NCBI GenBank assembly: GCA_965261985.1
Contig: OZ253490.1
Span: 4,139,121 to 4,203,120, forward strand
Reading direction: 5' to 3'
Source: Alphaproteobacteria bacterium
GTDB lineage: Bacteria > Pseudomonadota > Alphaproteobacteria > Bin95
Length of the DNA stretch: 64,000 bases
Shown: piece by piece, positions 46,525-55,300 of the stretch
How positions within the stretch are numbered: the first letter of the stretch is position 1
How the letters are laid out: each line of letters begins with the position of its first letter
Notes under the pieces: model-generated
The model's database searches: none
Told to the model about the DNA's origin: nothing
What the model saw: the letters and a program-made list of their open reading frames with translations, nothing else
Program-made: the position numbers and the translations under genes

Positions 46525-47166
46525 TCAGGGCCGCCAATCGAGGAAGTTCGCGATGAGACGCAACCCATATACCTGGCTCTTCTCGGGATGGAATTGCGTG
46601 CCGATCAAATTACCGCGACCGACGACGGCGGCGAACCGGCCGCCATGGTCGCTCACGGCCAGCATGTGCCCTTCTTCGGCCGGTGCAAACCGGTAGGAAT
46701 GCACAAAATAGACGTAGCCTCCGGTACCGAGCCCGGCAAGCACCGGGTGGTCCGCGACAGCCGACAGCCCGTTCCAGCCCATATGCGGCACCTTGAACGC
46801 GGGGTCGCCGGGCTCCAGCGCCACGACGCTGCCCGGCAACCATGCGAGGCCCTCATGCACGCCGTGCTCGAGCCCGCGCTCCGCCATCAACTGCATCCCG
46901 ACGCAGATCCCGAGGAACGGCCGGCCCCTGGCGATCACCGCCTCCTCCATCGCCTCGACCATGCCGTCCAGGCCGAACAGGCCCGAGCGGCAGTCCCCGA
47001 AAGCGCCAACGCCGGGCAGCACGATGCGATCTGCGCCGGCCACCTCGTCGGGATCGGAGGTTACGACGACCCGGCCCGCGCCGCCGTTCTCGTCGCACGC
47101 CCGCGCGAACGCCTTTTCGGCCGACCGGAGATTGCCGGACCCGTAATCGACAATAGCGGTGGTCAC
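46525..47166 (-). CDS. hisH: Imidazole glycerol phosphate synthase, glutamine amidotransferase subunit
   Basis: IVDYGSGNLRSAEKAF...LPGVGAF...FLGICVGMQL...FHPEKS. Confidence 0.95.
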   Translation of the reverse strand: MTTAIVDYGSGNLRSAEKAFARACDENGGAGRVVVTSDPDEVAGADRIVLPGVGAFGDCRSGLFGLDGMVEAMEEAVIARGRPFLGICVGMQLMAERGLEHGVHEGLAWLPGSVVALEPGDPAFKVPHMGWNGLSAVADHPVLAGLGTGGYVYFVHSYRFAPAEEGHMLAVSDHGGRFAAVVGRGNLIGTQFHPEKSQVYGLRLIANFLDWRP

Positions 47167-47522
47167 GACGCCGCCCGAGCGAGGAAACGGGCTTCGGCAT
47201 CGGCGCCGTTCCGCCCGGCCGCCAGCGCGGCTGCGGCGAACCCCCGCCGGCCGAGGCTCCAGCGCGCCAAGTCGTTGCCTTCAAAGCCGACCGAGAAGGC
47301 CGCAAGCAGGAGCAGCGGCAGCGACAGCCACGGGAAATCGGCCAGAGCGACCGCCGCCGCAACTATCGCCAGAAGTCCCGCCGCTACCGCCCAGTCGCCG
47401 CGCCATGCCGCCCAGAGCGGCCCGAAAAACAGGCCCGGCCAGCAGAAACCTTCCTTGACGGCGCGAATTTCCGGCTCTTCCAGGACGCCCCGGCTGCGGC
47501 GGTGGATCGTGTAGATACGCAT
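47163..47522 (-). CDS. Small membrane protein (DUF2628-like) between hisB and hisH
   Basis: 119 aa from the ATG at 47522: VKEGFCWPGLFFGPLWAAWRGDW, plus two TM helices. The family assignment is from memory. Confidence 0.6.
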   Translation of the reverse strand: MRIYTIHRRSRGVLEEPEIRAVKEGFCWPGLFFGPLWAAWRGDWAVAAGLLAIVAAAVALADFPWLSLPLLLLAAFSVGFEGNDLARWSLGRRGFAAAALAAGRNGADAEARFLARAAS

Positions 47523-47530
47523 TGCGCCGG

Positions 47531-48118
47531 TCAGAGGCTGCCCTTGGTGGACGGCACGGCGTCGCTGCGGCGCGGATCGATCTCCGCCGCCAGCCGCAAG
47601 GCCCGCGCCAGGGCCTTGAAGCAGGCTTCGACGATGTGGTGCGTGTTCGTGCCGTAAAGGCATTCGACATGCAGCGTGGCGCCGGCATGTTGCGCAAAGG
47701 CCTGGAACCACTCCCGGAACAGCTCCGTGTCCATAGAGCCGAGCTTCTGCGCCGGAAGGTCCACCTGCCAGATGAGGTAGGGCCGGTTGGAAAGGTCGAG
47801 CGCGACGCGGACCAGCGCCTCATCCATCGGCACATAGGCATGGCCGTAGCGACGGATGCCTTTCCGGTCCCCGAGGGCGGCGGAGACGGCCTGCCCCACG
47901 GCGATGCCGGTATCCTCCGTGGTGTGGTGCGCGTCGATGTGCAGGTCGCCCTTCGCGGCCAGGTCGAGATCGACAAGGCCGTGCCGGGCCAGTTGTTCGA
48001 GCATGTGGTCGAGGAAGCCGATGCCGGTCGAGACGCTGTACCGGCCCTCGCCGTCGAGGCTAAGCCGGACATCGATCTCGGTTTCGGTCGTCTTCCGCGC
48101 TATCGACGCTTCGCGCAT
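47531..48118 (-). CDS. hisB: Imidazoleglycerol-phosphate dehydratase
   Basis: [16 protein letters not shown]...[17 protein letters not shown]...[16 protein letters not shown]...[12 protein letters not shown]. Confidence 0.95.
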   Translation of the reverse strand: MREASIARKTTETEIDVRLSLDGEGRYSVSTGIGFLDHMLEQLARHGLVDLDLAAKGDLHIDAHHTTEDTGIAVGQAVSAALGDRKGIRRYGHAYVPMDEALVRVALDLSNRPYLIWQVDLPAQKLGSMDTELFREWFQAFAQHAGATLHVECLYGTNTHHIVEACFKALARALRLAAEIDPRRSDAVPSTKGSL

Positions 48119-48195
48119 GGGCCGGGCCTCACGGGTGCGTTGCGGCGTCTTTTAGCATGGCCGCTGGGCAATGCCAGTGCGGCGGCGCCGTGGGC

Positions 48196-49743
48196 TCAGG
48201 CCATGCCGACGGGCTCGTCGAACTCTTCCAGAACCTCGCCTGGCCGCGCCTGCAGCATCTCCTCCAGCTCGCGGCGGAGCGCGGCGGCGCCCGGATCGTC
48301 GAAGCGGTTGTCCATTTCGTTCGGGTCGCTGGCGAGGTCGTAGAGCTCGCCGGCGCCCGAATTCAGCTCCAGCGTCAGCTTCGCCGTTTTCGTGCGCACC
48401 GTACGCAACTCCAGCGGCACGCCGCAGCGGCTCGCATTCACATTCCATTCGCTATACGCCACCTCGCGCCCGGCGCCCGGTGCGTTCTCGAACAGGTCGC
48501 GCAGGCTTTGCGACTGGGCGCGCTCGTCGAGCGCCGTGCCGCCGTAGTCGCAGAAGGTTGCGGGAAGGTCGAGCGTGGACACCGGGTCCTTCGCCTGCCG
48601 CCCGGCGGGAATGCCGGGCCCGCGGGCGATGAGCCCGACGCGCAACAGAGCCTCGTAGGGCGTCGGCCCCTTGAGGTAGAGGCCGTGGTCGCCGAGCAGG
48701 TCGCCGTGGTCGGTGGAATAGACAACGATGGTGTTGTCGCGCATCCCGAGCCGGTCGAGTTCGACGAGAACGCGCCCGACGGAGTGGTCGATCAGCGAGA
48801 TCATGCCGTAATAGTTCGCCGTCATCTCGCGCAGTTCCGCCTCGGTCTGGTCCGGCACGCGCGAGAGCTTGGCGCGGAAGTCCCGCAGACTGGGATCCGC
48901 GAGCACCGGTTCCCGCTCGAGCGAGGCCCGGTGCCACCAGGGGCGGCGATCCAGGTCCTTCCCGCCTTCCGCCGGCAGCTCCACCTCGTCCGGATGGTGC
49001 AGCAGACTCCAGGGGTCCGGGCAGTCGAAAGGATGGTGCGGGTCCGGAAACGACACCCAGGCGCAGAACGGCGTGTCCGGCTTGCGGCCCTGCAGCCATT
49101 CCACCGTGCGGTCGGCGCACCACGCGCTGCTGTGCAGCGCTGCCGGCATGGCGGAATTCCAGGTCTGGGCCGCGCCAGGGCCGGGACGGGTTTCCGCGCC
49201 CCAGAGGTCGAATATGTCGGGATAGCCCGACTCCTCGAATACCCAGCGCTCGAAATGCTGCCCGCGCGGCGGCGTCACCGCTTCCTTGCGGTGGTGGAAC
49301 CAGTGCCCGAGCACCATCAGCTCGACATGGCTGAAGCCCATATAGGGCCCGAACCAGGACGCATCGAAGTCGGCCGTGCTGTGGCTGCATTCCGGCGTGC
49401 CGGTCGGCGCAAAGGTGCTGCTGGTCGCGAAATGCGCCTTGCCGATGAATGCCGTGTCGTAGCCCTTGGCGTTGAGGGCGGTCGCGAAGCCGCGCTCGCC
49501 CGTCTCCGGGCGCAGGTCGATGCCGTTGTCCGCGACGCCGTGGGTCAGCGGCAGCAAGCCGGTCAGCATCGACGCTCGCGAGGGCTGGCACACGAGGTTC
49601 GGCGTGATGCACGCATCGAAATGCGTCCCTTCCGCCGCCAGCCGGTCCAGATGCGGCGTCCGCACACGGCGGCCGGCGAAGCCGTAACAATCGGCGCGCT
49701 GCTGGTCGGATGTGATGAAGAGAATGTTCGGCCGGTCGGACAT
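48196..49743 (-). CDS. Sulfatase-family protein (Cys-type formylglycine motif)
   Basis: PNILFITSDQQRAD plus the CxPxR signature in LVCQPSRASMLTG. Confidence 0.85.
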   Translation of the reverse strand: MSDRPNILFITSDQQRADCYGFAGRRVRTPHLDRLAAEGTHFDACITPNLVCQPSRASMLTGLLPLTHGVADNGIDLRPETGERGFATALNAKGYDTAFIGKAHFATSSTFAPTGTPECSHSTADFDASWFGPYMGFSHVELMVLGHWFHHRKEAVTPPRGQHFERWVFEESGYPDIFDLWGAETRPGPGAAQTWNSAMPAALHSSAWCADRTVEWLQGRKPDTPFCAWVSFPDPHHPFDCPDPWSLLHHPDEVELPAEGGKDLDRRPWWHRASLEREPVLADPSLRDFRAKLSRVPDQTEAELREMTANYYGMISLIDHSVGRVLVELDRLGMRDNTIVVYSTDHGDLLGDHGLYLKGPTPYEALLRVGLIARGPGIPAGRQAKDPVSTLDLPATFCDYGGTALDERAQSQSLRDLFENAPGAGREVAYSEWNVNASRCGVPLELRTVRTKTAKLTLELNSGAGELYDLASDPNEMDNRFDDPGAAALRRELEEMLQARPGEVLEEFDEPVGMA

Positions 49744-49774
49744 GGCGCCTCGCGTCGGGGAAGGGAAATGGGGG

Positions 49775-51325
49775 TCAGTCGGATGCCGCGTCGGCTTCCC
49801 TGGCGGCGGCGCGTTCGCGCTTCTGCCTGAGGGGCAAGCGGATACCGAAATGCCAGATGAAGAAGACCGTGAGCAGCAGGAAGAAGAGCGAGATCGGGCT
49901 CGTCAGCAGGACGGTCAAATCGGACTTGTTGATGAGAACCGTCTGCCGGAGGTAGATCTCGAAATTGCTGCCGAGCAGGAAGCCGATCACGAGGCAGACG
50001 ATAGAGAAGCCCGCCTTGCGCATGAGGTAGCCGACGCCTGCGAACAGGAACAGCATCCCCACGTCGAACATGGAGTTGGTCGGGATATAGACCCCGACCA
50101 CGCAAAGCAGCACGACCGTCGGCAGCACGATGTGCTTCGGGATCCGGACGAACTGGACCCAGATGCGGATGCCCGCGCGCCCGATGATGAGATGGGCGAG
50201 ATTGGCCATCAGCATGGACGCGAAGATGGAGTAGATGAGCTCGGCGTGGGTCACCATCATCAGCGGCCCCGGCACGACGCCGTGGATCATGAACGCGCCG
50301 ATCAGGAGCGCCGCCGCCACATTGCCCGGAATGCCGAGCGCGATGGTGGGGATCAGGTTGGCGCCGACCACGGCGCTGTTCGCCGCTTCGGTCGCCTGGA
50401 TGCCTTCGAGCTCGCCGGTGCCGAACTTGTCGCCGCGCGGGGACGCGCGCCTGGCGGCGCCGTATCCGAGGAACGCAGCCAGGGTGACGCCGAGGCCGGG
50501 CAGCACGCCGACGCCGGTGCCGATGCAGGCGGAGCGGATCAGGGTCTTCCAGTTGCCCCAGAACTCCCTGGGCGCGAGGCGGTTCTCGACCCGGAACTGC
50601 GATGCCGGAGGCAGGGGCGGCGGGGGCGGTTTGCCCCGGTCCCGGCGCATGTCGTAGAGCTGCGACAGGATGGAACTCAGCGCCAGCGTCCCGATCGCGA
50701 AGGGCAGCAGTGGAATGCCGTCGAAGAGGTAGATGGTGCCGAAGGTCATGCGCGCCGTGCTGTCCACCGGGTCCAGCCCCCAGGTGCTGAGGAACAGCCC
50801 GAGCGCTGCTGCGATGAGGCCCTTCACGAGCGACCGCCCCGCCAGGGCGGCGATCATGGTGAACGAGAAGAGGATGATGGTCGTGAATTCGTTCGGGCCG
50901 AATTTGAGCGCGATGGCCGCGAAGGGCGCGGCGAGCAGGATGAGCACGATGTCCGAAAACGTGTCGCCGAAGACCGAGGAGTAGAGGGCCGTCTTCATCG
51001 CCTTTTCCGGCTTGCCCTGCTTTGCGAGCGGATAGCCGTCGAGCGCAGTCGCCGCCGCTTCCGGCGTTCCGGGCGCGTTGATCAGGATCGCGGGGATGGC
51101 GCCCCCCGATGTGCCGCCCTTGTTGATGCCGACCAGGAAGGCGATTGCGGCGAGCGGTGTGAAATAGAAGGTGATCGGGATCAGCATGGCGAGCGCGGTC
51201 ACGCTGCCGAGCCCCGGCAGGACGCCGAAGATGATGCCAAGCACGATGCCGACGCAGATATAGGCGAGGTTGACGAGCGTAAAGGCGGCCTCGAACCCGC
51301 CAAGCATGCTGTTGAGTATATCCAT
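49775..51325 (-). CDS. tctA: Tripartite tricarboxylate transporter large permease TctA
   Basis: A polytopic protein starting at MDILNSMLGGFEAAF (ATG at 51325). It lies directly downstream of the TctB/TctC genes. Confidence 0.85.
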   Translation of the reverse strand: MDILNSMLGGFEAAFTLVNLAYICVGIVLGIIFGVLPGLGSVTALAMLIPITFYFTPLAAIAFLVGINKGGTSGGAIPAILINAPGTPEAAATALDGYPLAKQGKPEKAMKTALYSSVFGDTFSDIVLILLAAPFAAIALKFGPNEFTTIILFSFTMIAALAGRSLVKGLIAAALGLFLSTWGLDPVDSTARMTFGTIYLFDGIPLLPFAIGTLALSSILSQLYDMRRDRGKPPPPPLPPASQFRVENRLAPREFWGNWKTLIRSACIGTGVGVLPGLGVTLAAFLGYGAARRASPRGDKFGTGELEGIQATEAANSAVVGANLIPTIALGIPGNVAAALLIGAFMIHGVVPGPLMMVTHAELIYSIFASMLMANLAHLIIGRAGIRIWVQFVRIPKHIVLPTVVLLCVVGVYIPTNSMFDVGMLFLFAGVGYLMRKAGFSIVCLVIGFLLGSNFEIYLRQTVLINKSDLTVLLTSPISLFFLLLTVFFIWHFGIRLPLRQKRERAAAREADAASD

Positions 51326-51350
51326 CGACCGGGTCCCGTTCTCGCTGCGC

Positions 51351-51923
51351 TCAGCGCCAGAAGGCGGGGAGTTCGGTGTTGAAGAATTGGTAGGCCGCCT
51401 GCGAAAGCACCACCGGCGTGGCAAGCGAGAACAGGGCGATGCTCCAGGGGTTCCTTGCCCCGACGAACAGCATGGTCGCGACCAGGAAGAGCGTCATGGC
51501 CGGCTCGAAACCCACATGTTCGATCAGGAACCAGGACGCGCAGGCAACGACCGTCCAGATGAGCAGGTTCAGTAGCACATGCCTGTTGGCGCCCGTCGCC
51601 TCGGCACCGAACTCCTCATCCAGCGGGTCCTCGCCGGATGCAACGCTCCTGCCGCCGCGGATGGCCTGCAACGTCATGACGGCCGCCAGCAGCAGGCACG
51701 CGCCGATGGCGATGGACGGCACCAGGGCCGGAGCAAGATCGAGCTCGCTTTCGGCCGGGGCGGTGTTGTCGGGGATCAGCCAGAAGAGGCAGTAGAGCGA
51801 CGCCAGGACAAGCAGCACTCCCGCCCATATGTGGGTTGTTCTCAAGGGAGCGACCTCATGCGCAACGGGCGTGGAAGGCGGGTGCCGTGCCGGGACGCCG
51901 AGAGGCGCCCCGGCTCCCGGCAC
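51351..51923 (-). CDS. tctB: Tripartite tricarboxylate transporter small subunit TctB (start uncertain)
   Basis: A small protein of about four TM helices between tctC and tctA. The true start is probably downstream of 51923. Confidence 0.6.
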   Translation of the reverse strand: MPGAGAPLGVPARHPPSTPVAHEVAPLRTTHIWAGVLLVLASLYCLFWLIPDNTAPAESELDLAPALVPSIAIGACLLLAAVMTLQAIRGGRSVASGEDPLDEEFGAEATGANRHVLLNLLIWTVVACASWFLIEHVGFEPAMTLFLVATMLFVGARNPWSIALFSLATPVVLSQAAYQFFNTELPAFWR

Positions 51924-51929
51924 TCGGGC

Positions 51930-52856
51930 TTATTGCGTCGCCTTCAAGACCTCTTCCAGGCTCTTCGTGATGTCGGCCACGAAAGCCGTCATCTCGGACG
52001 AGGGGATGAAGCGCTTCGGAAACTGTAGGTTCTCCAGCACCTTGGTGAAGTCCGGATCGTCCATCGCGGCCTTGGCTGCCGCCTCGAGTTTCATCGCGAT
52101 CTCGTCGGATATCCCCGCCGGGGCCATCAGCACGGAATTGCCGGGAATGGCGATGCCGTAAAGCTCCTGCGTCGAGGGAATGTCGGGCTCCTTCGCCAGC
52201 CGGTTCGGCAGGAAGGAGGCGAGCACGATCATCTTGCCGGGGTGCTGCTGGTGGATGCCGCCGCTATAGGCGAAGTCGATCTTGCCGCCGAGCAGGAACG
52301 GCACCATCTCGCCGCCGCCGCGCGTCGGGATCGCCGTCCACAAAACGTTTTCCTTCTTCGCGATGTAGTTGATGAAGGTCTTCGACATGCCGCCCATGTC
52401 CGCGACATTGAGCGGGTTGGTCCTGGAATATTCCAGCAGTTCCTTGAGCGTCTTGTACGGCTTGTCCGGCGTCGCGATGAGCGCCACCTGGTATTCGCTG
52501 ATGCCCGCGATGACACGGATGTCGTCCACCTTGTAGGCGACGTCCTTCTTGGTCATCGGGTTCCAGATCGTGTTGCCGAGATCGGTATAGGCGATGGTGT
52601 GGCCGTCCGGCTTCGCCTTGGAAAGGAAGGTGATGCCCACGGCGCTGCCGGCGCCGGGACGGGGCTTGACCACCACCGTGCCGCCGAGTGCCTCCCCAAG
52701 CGCCTTGGACAGCACCATCGACATCGTGTGGGTGGTCCCGCCGGCCTTGTAGGGCACGATCAGCGTGATCGGCTTGTCCGGCCATGCGGCGGCGCTTCCG
52801 GCTACTACCGCCACCGCCGTTGCCGCCGCAGCGGCCAATGCAATTCGTTTGAGCAT
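51930..52856 (-). CDS. tctC: Tripartite tricarboxylate transporter substrate-binding protein TctC (Bug family)
   Basis: From the ATG at 52856 (RBS AGGGAGA): signal peptide MLKRIALAAAAATAVAVVAGSAAAWPDKPITLIVPYKAGGTT, typical of Bug/TctC. Confidence 0.85.
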   Translation of the reverse strand: MLKRIALAAAAATAVAVVAGSAAAWPDKPITLIVPYKAGGTTHTMSMVLSKALGEALGGTVVVKPRPGAGSAVGITFLSKAKPDGHTIAYTDLGNTIWNPMTKKDVAYKVDDIRVIAGISEYQVALIATPDKPYKTLKELLEYSRTNPLNVADMGGMSKTFINYIAKKENVLWTAIPTRGGGEMVPFLLGGKIDFAYSGGIHQQHPGKMIVLASFLPNRLAKEPDIPSTQELYGIAIPGNSVLMAPAGISDEIAMKLEAAAKAAMDDPDFTKVLENLQFPKRFIPSSEMTAFVADITKSLEEVLKATQ

Positions 52857-52908
52857 GTTGTCTCCCTGACTTTTCGGTTGCTCCCGTGATCGGTCTTCCT
52901 GCCGGGGC

Positions 52909-54045
52909 TCATGCATCGACGACGAGTATCTCCTCATTGTCGAAATAGTCGGAACGCAACACGGGGCTGCCCTCCGTCACCTCCAGCAAGTCCTCCATAT
53001 GGTAGCCGCATTTCCCGACCCACCGCACGCGCGTCTCGATAGTGCTCATCATGCCGGGCTCGAACGCCATGTCCTCATGCGGGCTGATGAGCGGGCGCTC
53101 ATGCACCAGCAGCCCGAGCCCGTGCCCGTTATGCGCGTAGGGGAAAGGAATGCCGTGGCGCTCATGCAGCGCCGTGGCGCGCTCGAATATCTGCCGCCCG
53201 GTGTTTCCCGGCCGGACCATGTCAATCAGTTCGCGGTGGATTTCGCGCAGCCGCGACCACCAGGACCGGTCCTCGTCGTTGAGCGGGCCCAGCTTCGCCG
53301 TGCGGCCGACATTGGAATAGTAGCGCCCGTAGCGCCCCCCGGCATCGGCCTTCAGGATGTCGCCGCGCTGCACCCGGTAGTCCGACGGGTCCTTGTGCGG
53401 AAAGCCGGTGTTGGGCCCGCCGTTAATATGCGTGAACGCCACGGACTCAGCCCCGTGCCGCAGAATGCCGTCGGCGAGGCGGAAGCACATGTCCCGCTCC
53501 GTGTCGCCGGGCCGCGTCGCCAGGAAAGCCTCTTTCAGCGCGCGTTCGGTGCCCCGGAAGCCGGCCGCGAGGCGCTCGCGCTCGCGCGGCGTCTTGATGA
53601 CGCGCGCACGGTCGAAGATCGGCTCCGAGCGCCCGAAACGCGCATTGGGCAGCAGCGCGCGCAAACGCTCGAAATAGATCGCAGGCAGGTAGTCGAGCTC
53701 CAGCCCGACCGAGCCCCGCGCCGCGCCCAGCTCGTCGATGACCTCCGCCAGGATGTCTATGGGCGAGGTGACGAACTCCTTGTAGGTGCGGATGTCGTCG
53801 ATCCAGGACTCCTCGCGCGCGAAGCCCTCCTCCACCCGGCAGAGGATGAAGACCGGGTCGCGGTCCCCGTCCCAGACCACCAGCGCCAGCCGGTCGCGGA
53901 TATCGACCTGCGTCGAGATGAAGACATCGCTCGTATAGAGGACGTTCTCCGGCGATGCGGCCACGACAAGGTCGAACTCGCTCGCCTGGATAAGCCGTTT
54001 CAGCCTGGGCAGGTCGCCGAGCGCGTCCTCGAATCGTTTTGCCAC
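52909..54045 (-). CDS. M24-family metallopeptidase (Xaa-Pro dipeptidase/creatinase-like)
   Basis: The GTG at 54045 is preceded by GGAGGGGG. Pita-bread-fold motifs are GDILKADAGGRYGRYYSNVGRT, HGLGLLVHE and the ME triad context. Confidence 0.8.
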   Translation of the reverse strand: MAKRFEDALGDLPRLKRLIQASEFDLVVAASPENVLYTSDVFISTQVDIRDRLALVVWDGDRDPVFILCRVEEGFAREESWIDDIRTYKEFVTSPIDILAEVIDELGAARGSVGLELDYLPAIYFERLRALLPNARFGRSEPIFDRARVIKTPRERERLAAGFRGTERALKEAFLATRPGDTERDMCFRLADGILRHGAESVAFTHINGGPNTGFPHKDPSDYRVQRGDILKADAGGRYGRYYSNVGRTAKLGPLNDEDRSWWSRLREIHRELIDMVRPGNTGRQIFERATALHERHGIPFPYAHNGHGLGLLVHERPLISPHEDMAFEPGMMSTIETRVRWVGKCGYHMEDLLEVTEGSPVLRSDYFDNEEILVVDA

Positions 54046-54174
54046 CGGCCCCCTCCGAGCGGTAAACGGAGCGCGGACCCTAGCAGACGGCCGCCAAGCC
54101 TGGAACCCTGCCCCCTGCCTAAACCGGAGGCTCACACGAGCGCGTGCCGGATGCACCGTGTCATGGCCCAGCGG

Positions 54175-54435
54175 TCACCCGCGTTGGACCGGTGCGAGGC
54201 GTCCGCGGCCCCTGAACTGCCGTTGGATGTAAGCGCGGCGATCCTCGGGCGGCCACTCCTCGCGTTCGAACATCTCGAACATGGCAAGTTCGTCGGGTGA
54301 AAGAGGGTTCCCTTCGATCGCCTGCAAAGGCGCGGCCTCGGCAAGCCGCCCGTTCGCGGCCGCGCCTCGGGGACGATCGGGATTGCGCGGCATTCCGGTC
54401 ATAGTTCGAACCTGTAGCAGATCGTTCCTTCGCAC
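54175..54435 (-). CDS. Small protein with VbhA-like antitoxin motif (orphan)
   Basis: PLQAIEGNPLSPDELAMFEMFEREEW resembles the (S/T)xxxE(G/N) inhibitory helix region of VbhA/FicA antitoxins, from memory. No Fic gene is adjacent. Confidence 0.35.
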   Translation of the reverse strand: MRRNDLLQVRTMTGMPRNPDRPRGAAANGRLAEAAPLQAIEGNPLSPDELAMFEMFEREEWPPEDRRAYIQRQFRGRGRLAPVQRG

Positions 54436-54704
54436 CGCCGGAACGATACTTCCCCCGCGACCGCAATGCGGAAGGCGCGGACTCGGCCCAAGCGTTGCCA
54501 GGCCTCAGCTAGGCGCTCGACACAGGGAATGGCGTGGTAATACCGCCGTTCTCGACAGGAGACTCATGTCGGGGAATTCCCGCAGGCATGGGCTTGACAT
54601 GGGGAAAAGCGTGGTAAGCTCAAATTGAGAGGGAGCACCGGCGGAACATGACATCGCATGACATGTCCCGGCGTCTCTTCCTGGAGGCAGCAATTCGTTC
54701 ACGA

Positions 54705-54995
54705 ATTATGAAATAATTCCCGGTAAGGACTTGACATCTGTAAAACCGTGATAGAATGGGACAGGAGGAAACGGCATCCGGAGGCCGCTTCGTCTCCCGT
54801 GTCGCGCCGGTGCGAAAAAAACCCCAACGGAACGGATGGGAGACGTGCGCCCTGCGCTTGGCTCGCGCGCGCAATCAGGCGCGCAAAGCCGCGCCGGCGC
54901 AAACGCGGGCGCGGGCGCGCGCATGCGATACGCGCGAAAAAGGGACCCGCCGCAGGCTGGCAGGCGGCGGTGCGAACGGAACGAAACGCGATGGA
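54705..54995 (+). repeat. Modular dispersed repeat, copy D
   Basis: It is the inverted homologue of 27768-27975, with about 70 extra bp. It carries TTGACA (54731-54736), then N15, then TAGAAT (54752-54757), with TG one base upstream of the -10 box, followed by AGGAGGAA. Confidence 0.65.
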
Positions 54996-55180
54996 GGAAC
55001 GACATGCAGGATACGGACGGCGGAGCTTCGGTGAGGCAGGCGGAGAGGGGCGGGGCAGCGGCGAAACATGACATTTCATGACATGTCCCGGCAGCCGCGC
55101 CGCATCGCCTCTATCGGAACCCGGTCATGGGCTCATCGGTTCCGGGCCATGAACGGTAGTATAAGCTGTCATCAGCGGTG

Positions 55181-55209
55181 AGGCGGCTTTCGGGGCCGCC
55201 TTTTCGATT
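55181..55209 (+). terminator. Candidate rho-independent terminator
   Basis: AGGCGGC-TTTCGGG-GCCGCCT is followed by TTTCGATT. Confidence 0.5.
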
Positions 55210-55300
55210 CCGGAGGGCGACGGAGGCTGGGAGGCATGTCGGGAACGGACAGGAGACTCGCGCCCGGCGCAGGGGGCCTCATGACAAAACATGACATTTC

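Noticed and set aside
48196-49743. The sulfatase lacking an adjacent formylglycine-generating enzyme or anSME maturase, as an anomaly.
   Set aside because: Maturases are often encoded elsewhere in the genome, so absence from this window is not informative.
54748-55071. A 107-aa ORF, and several overlapping 60-130-aa ORFs, inside repeat D. Similar ORFs occur in repeat C (27647-27994 and others).
   Set aside because: They sit in repeat DNA and their products are Arg-rich and low-complexity. ORFs occur in several frames on both strands with no RBS or start context.
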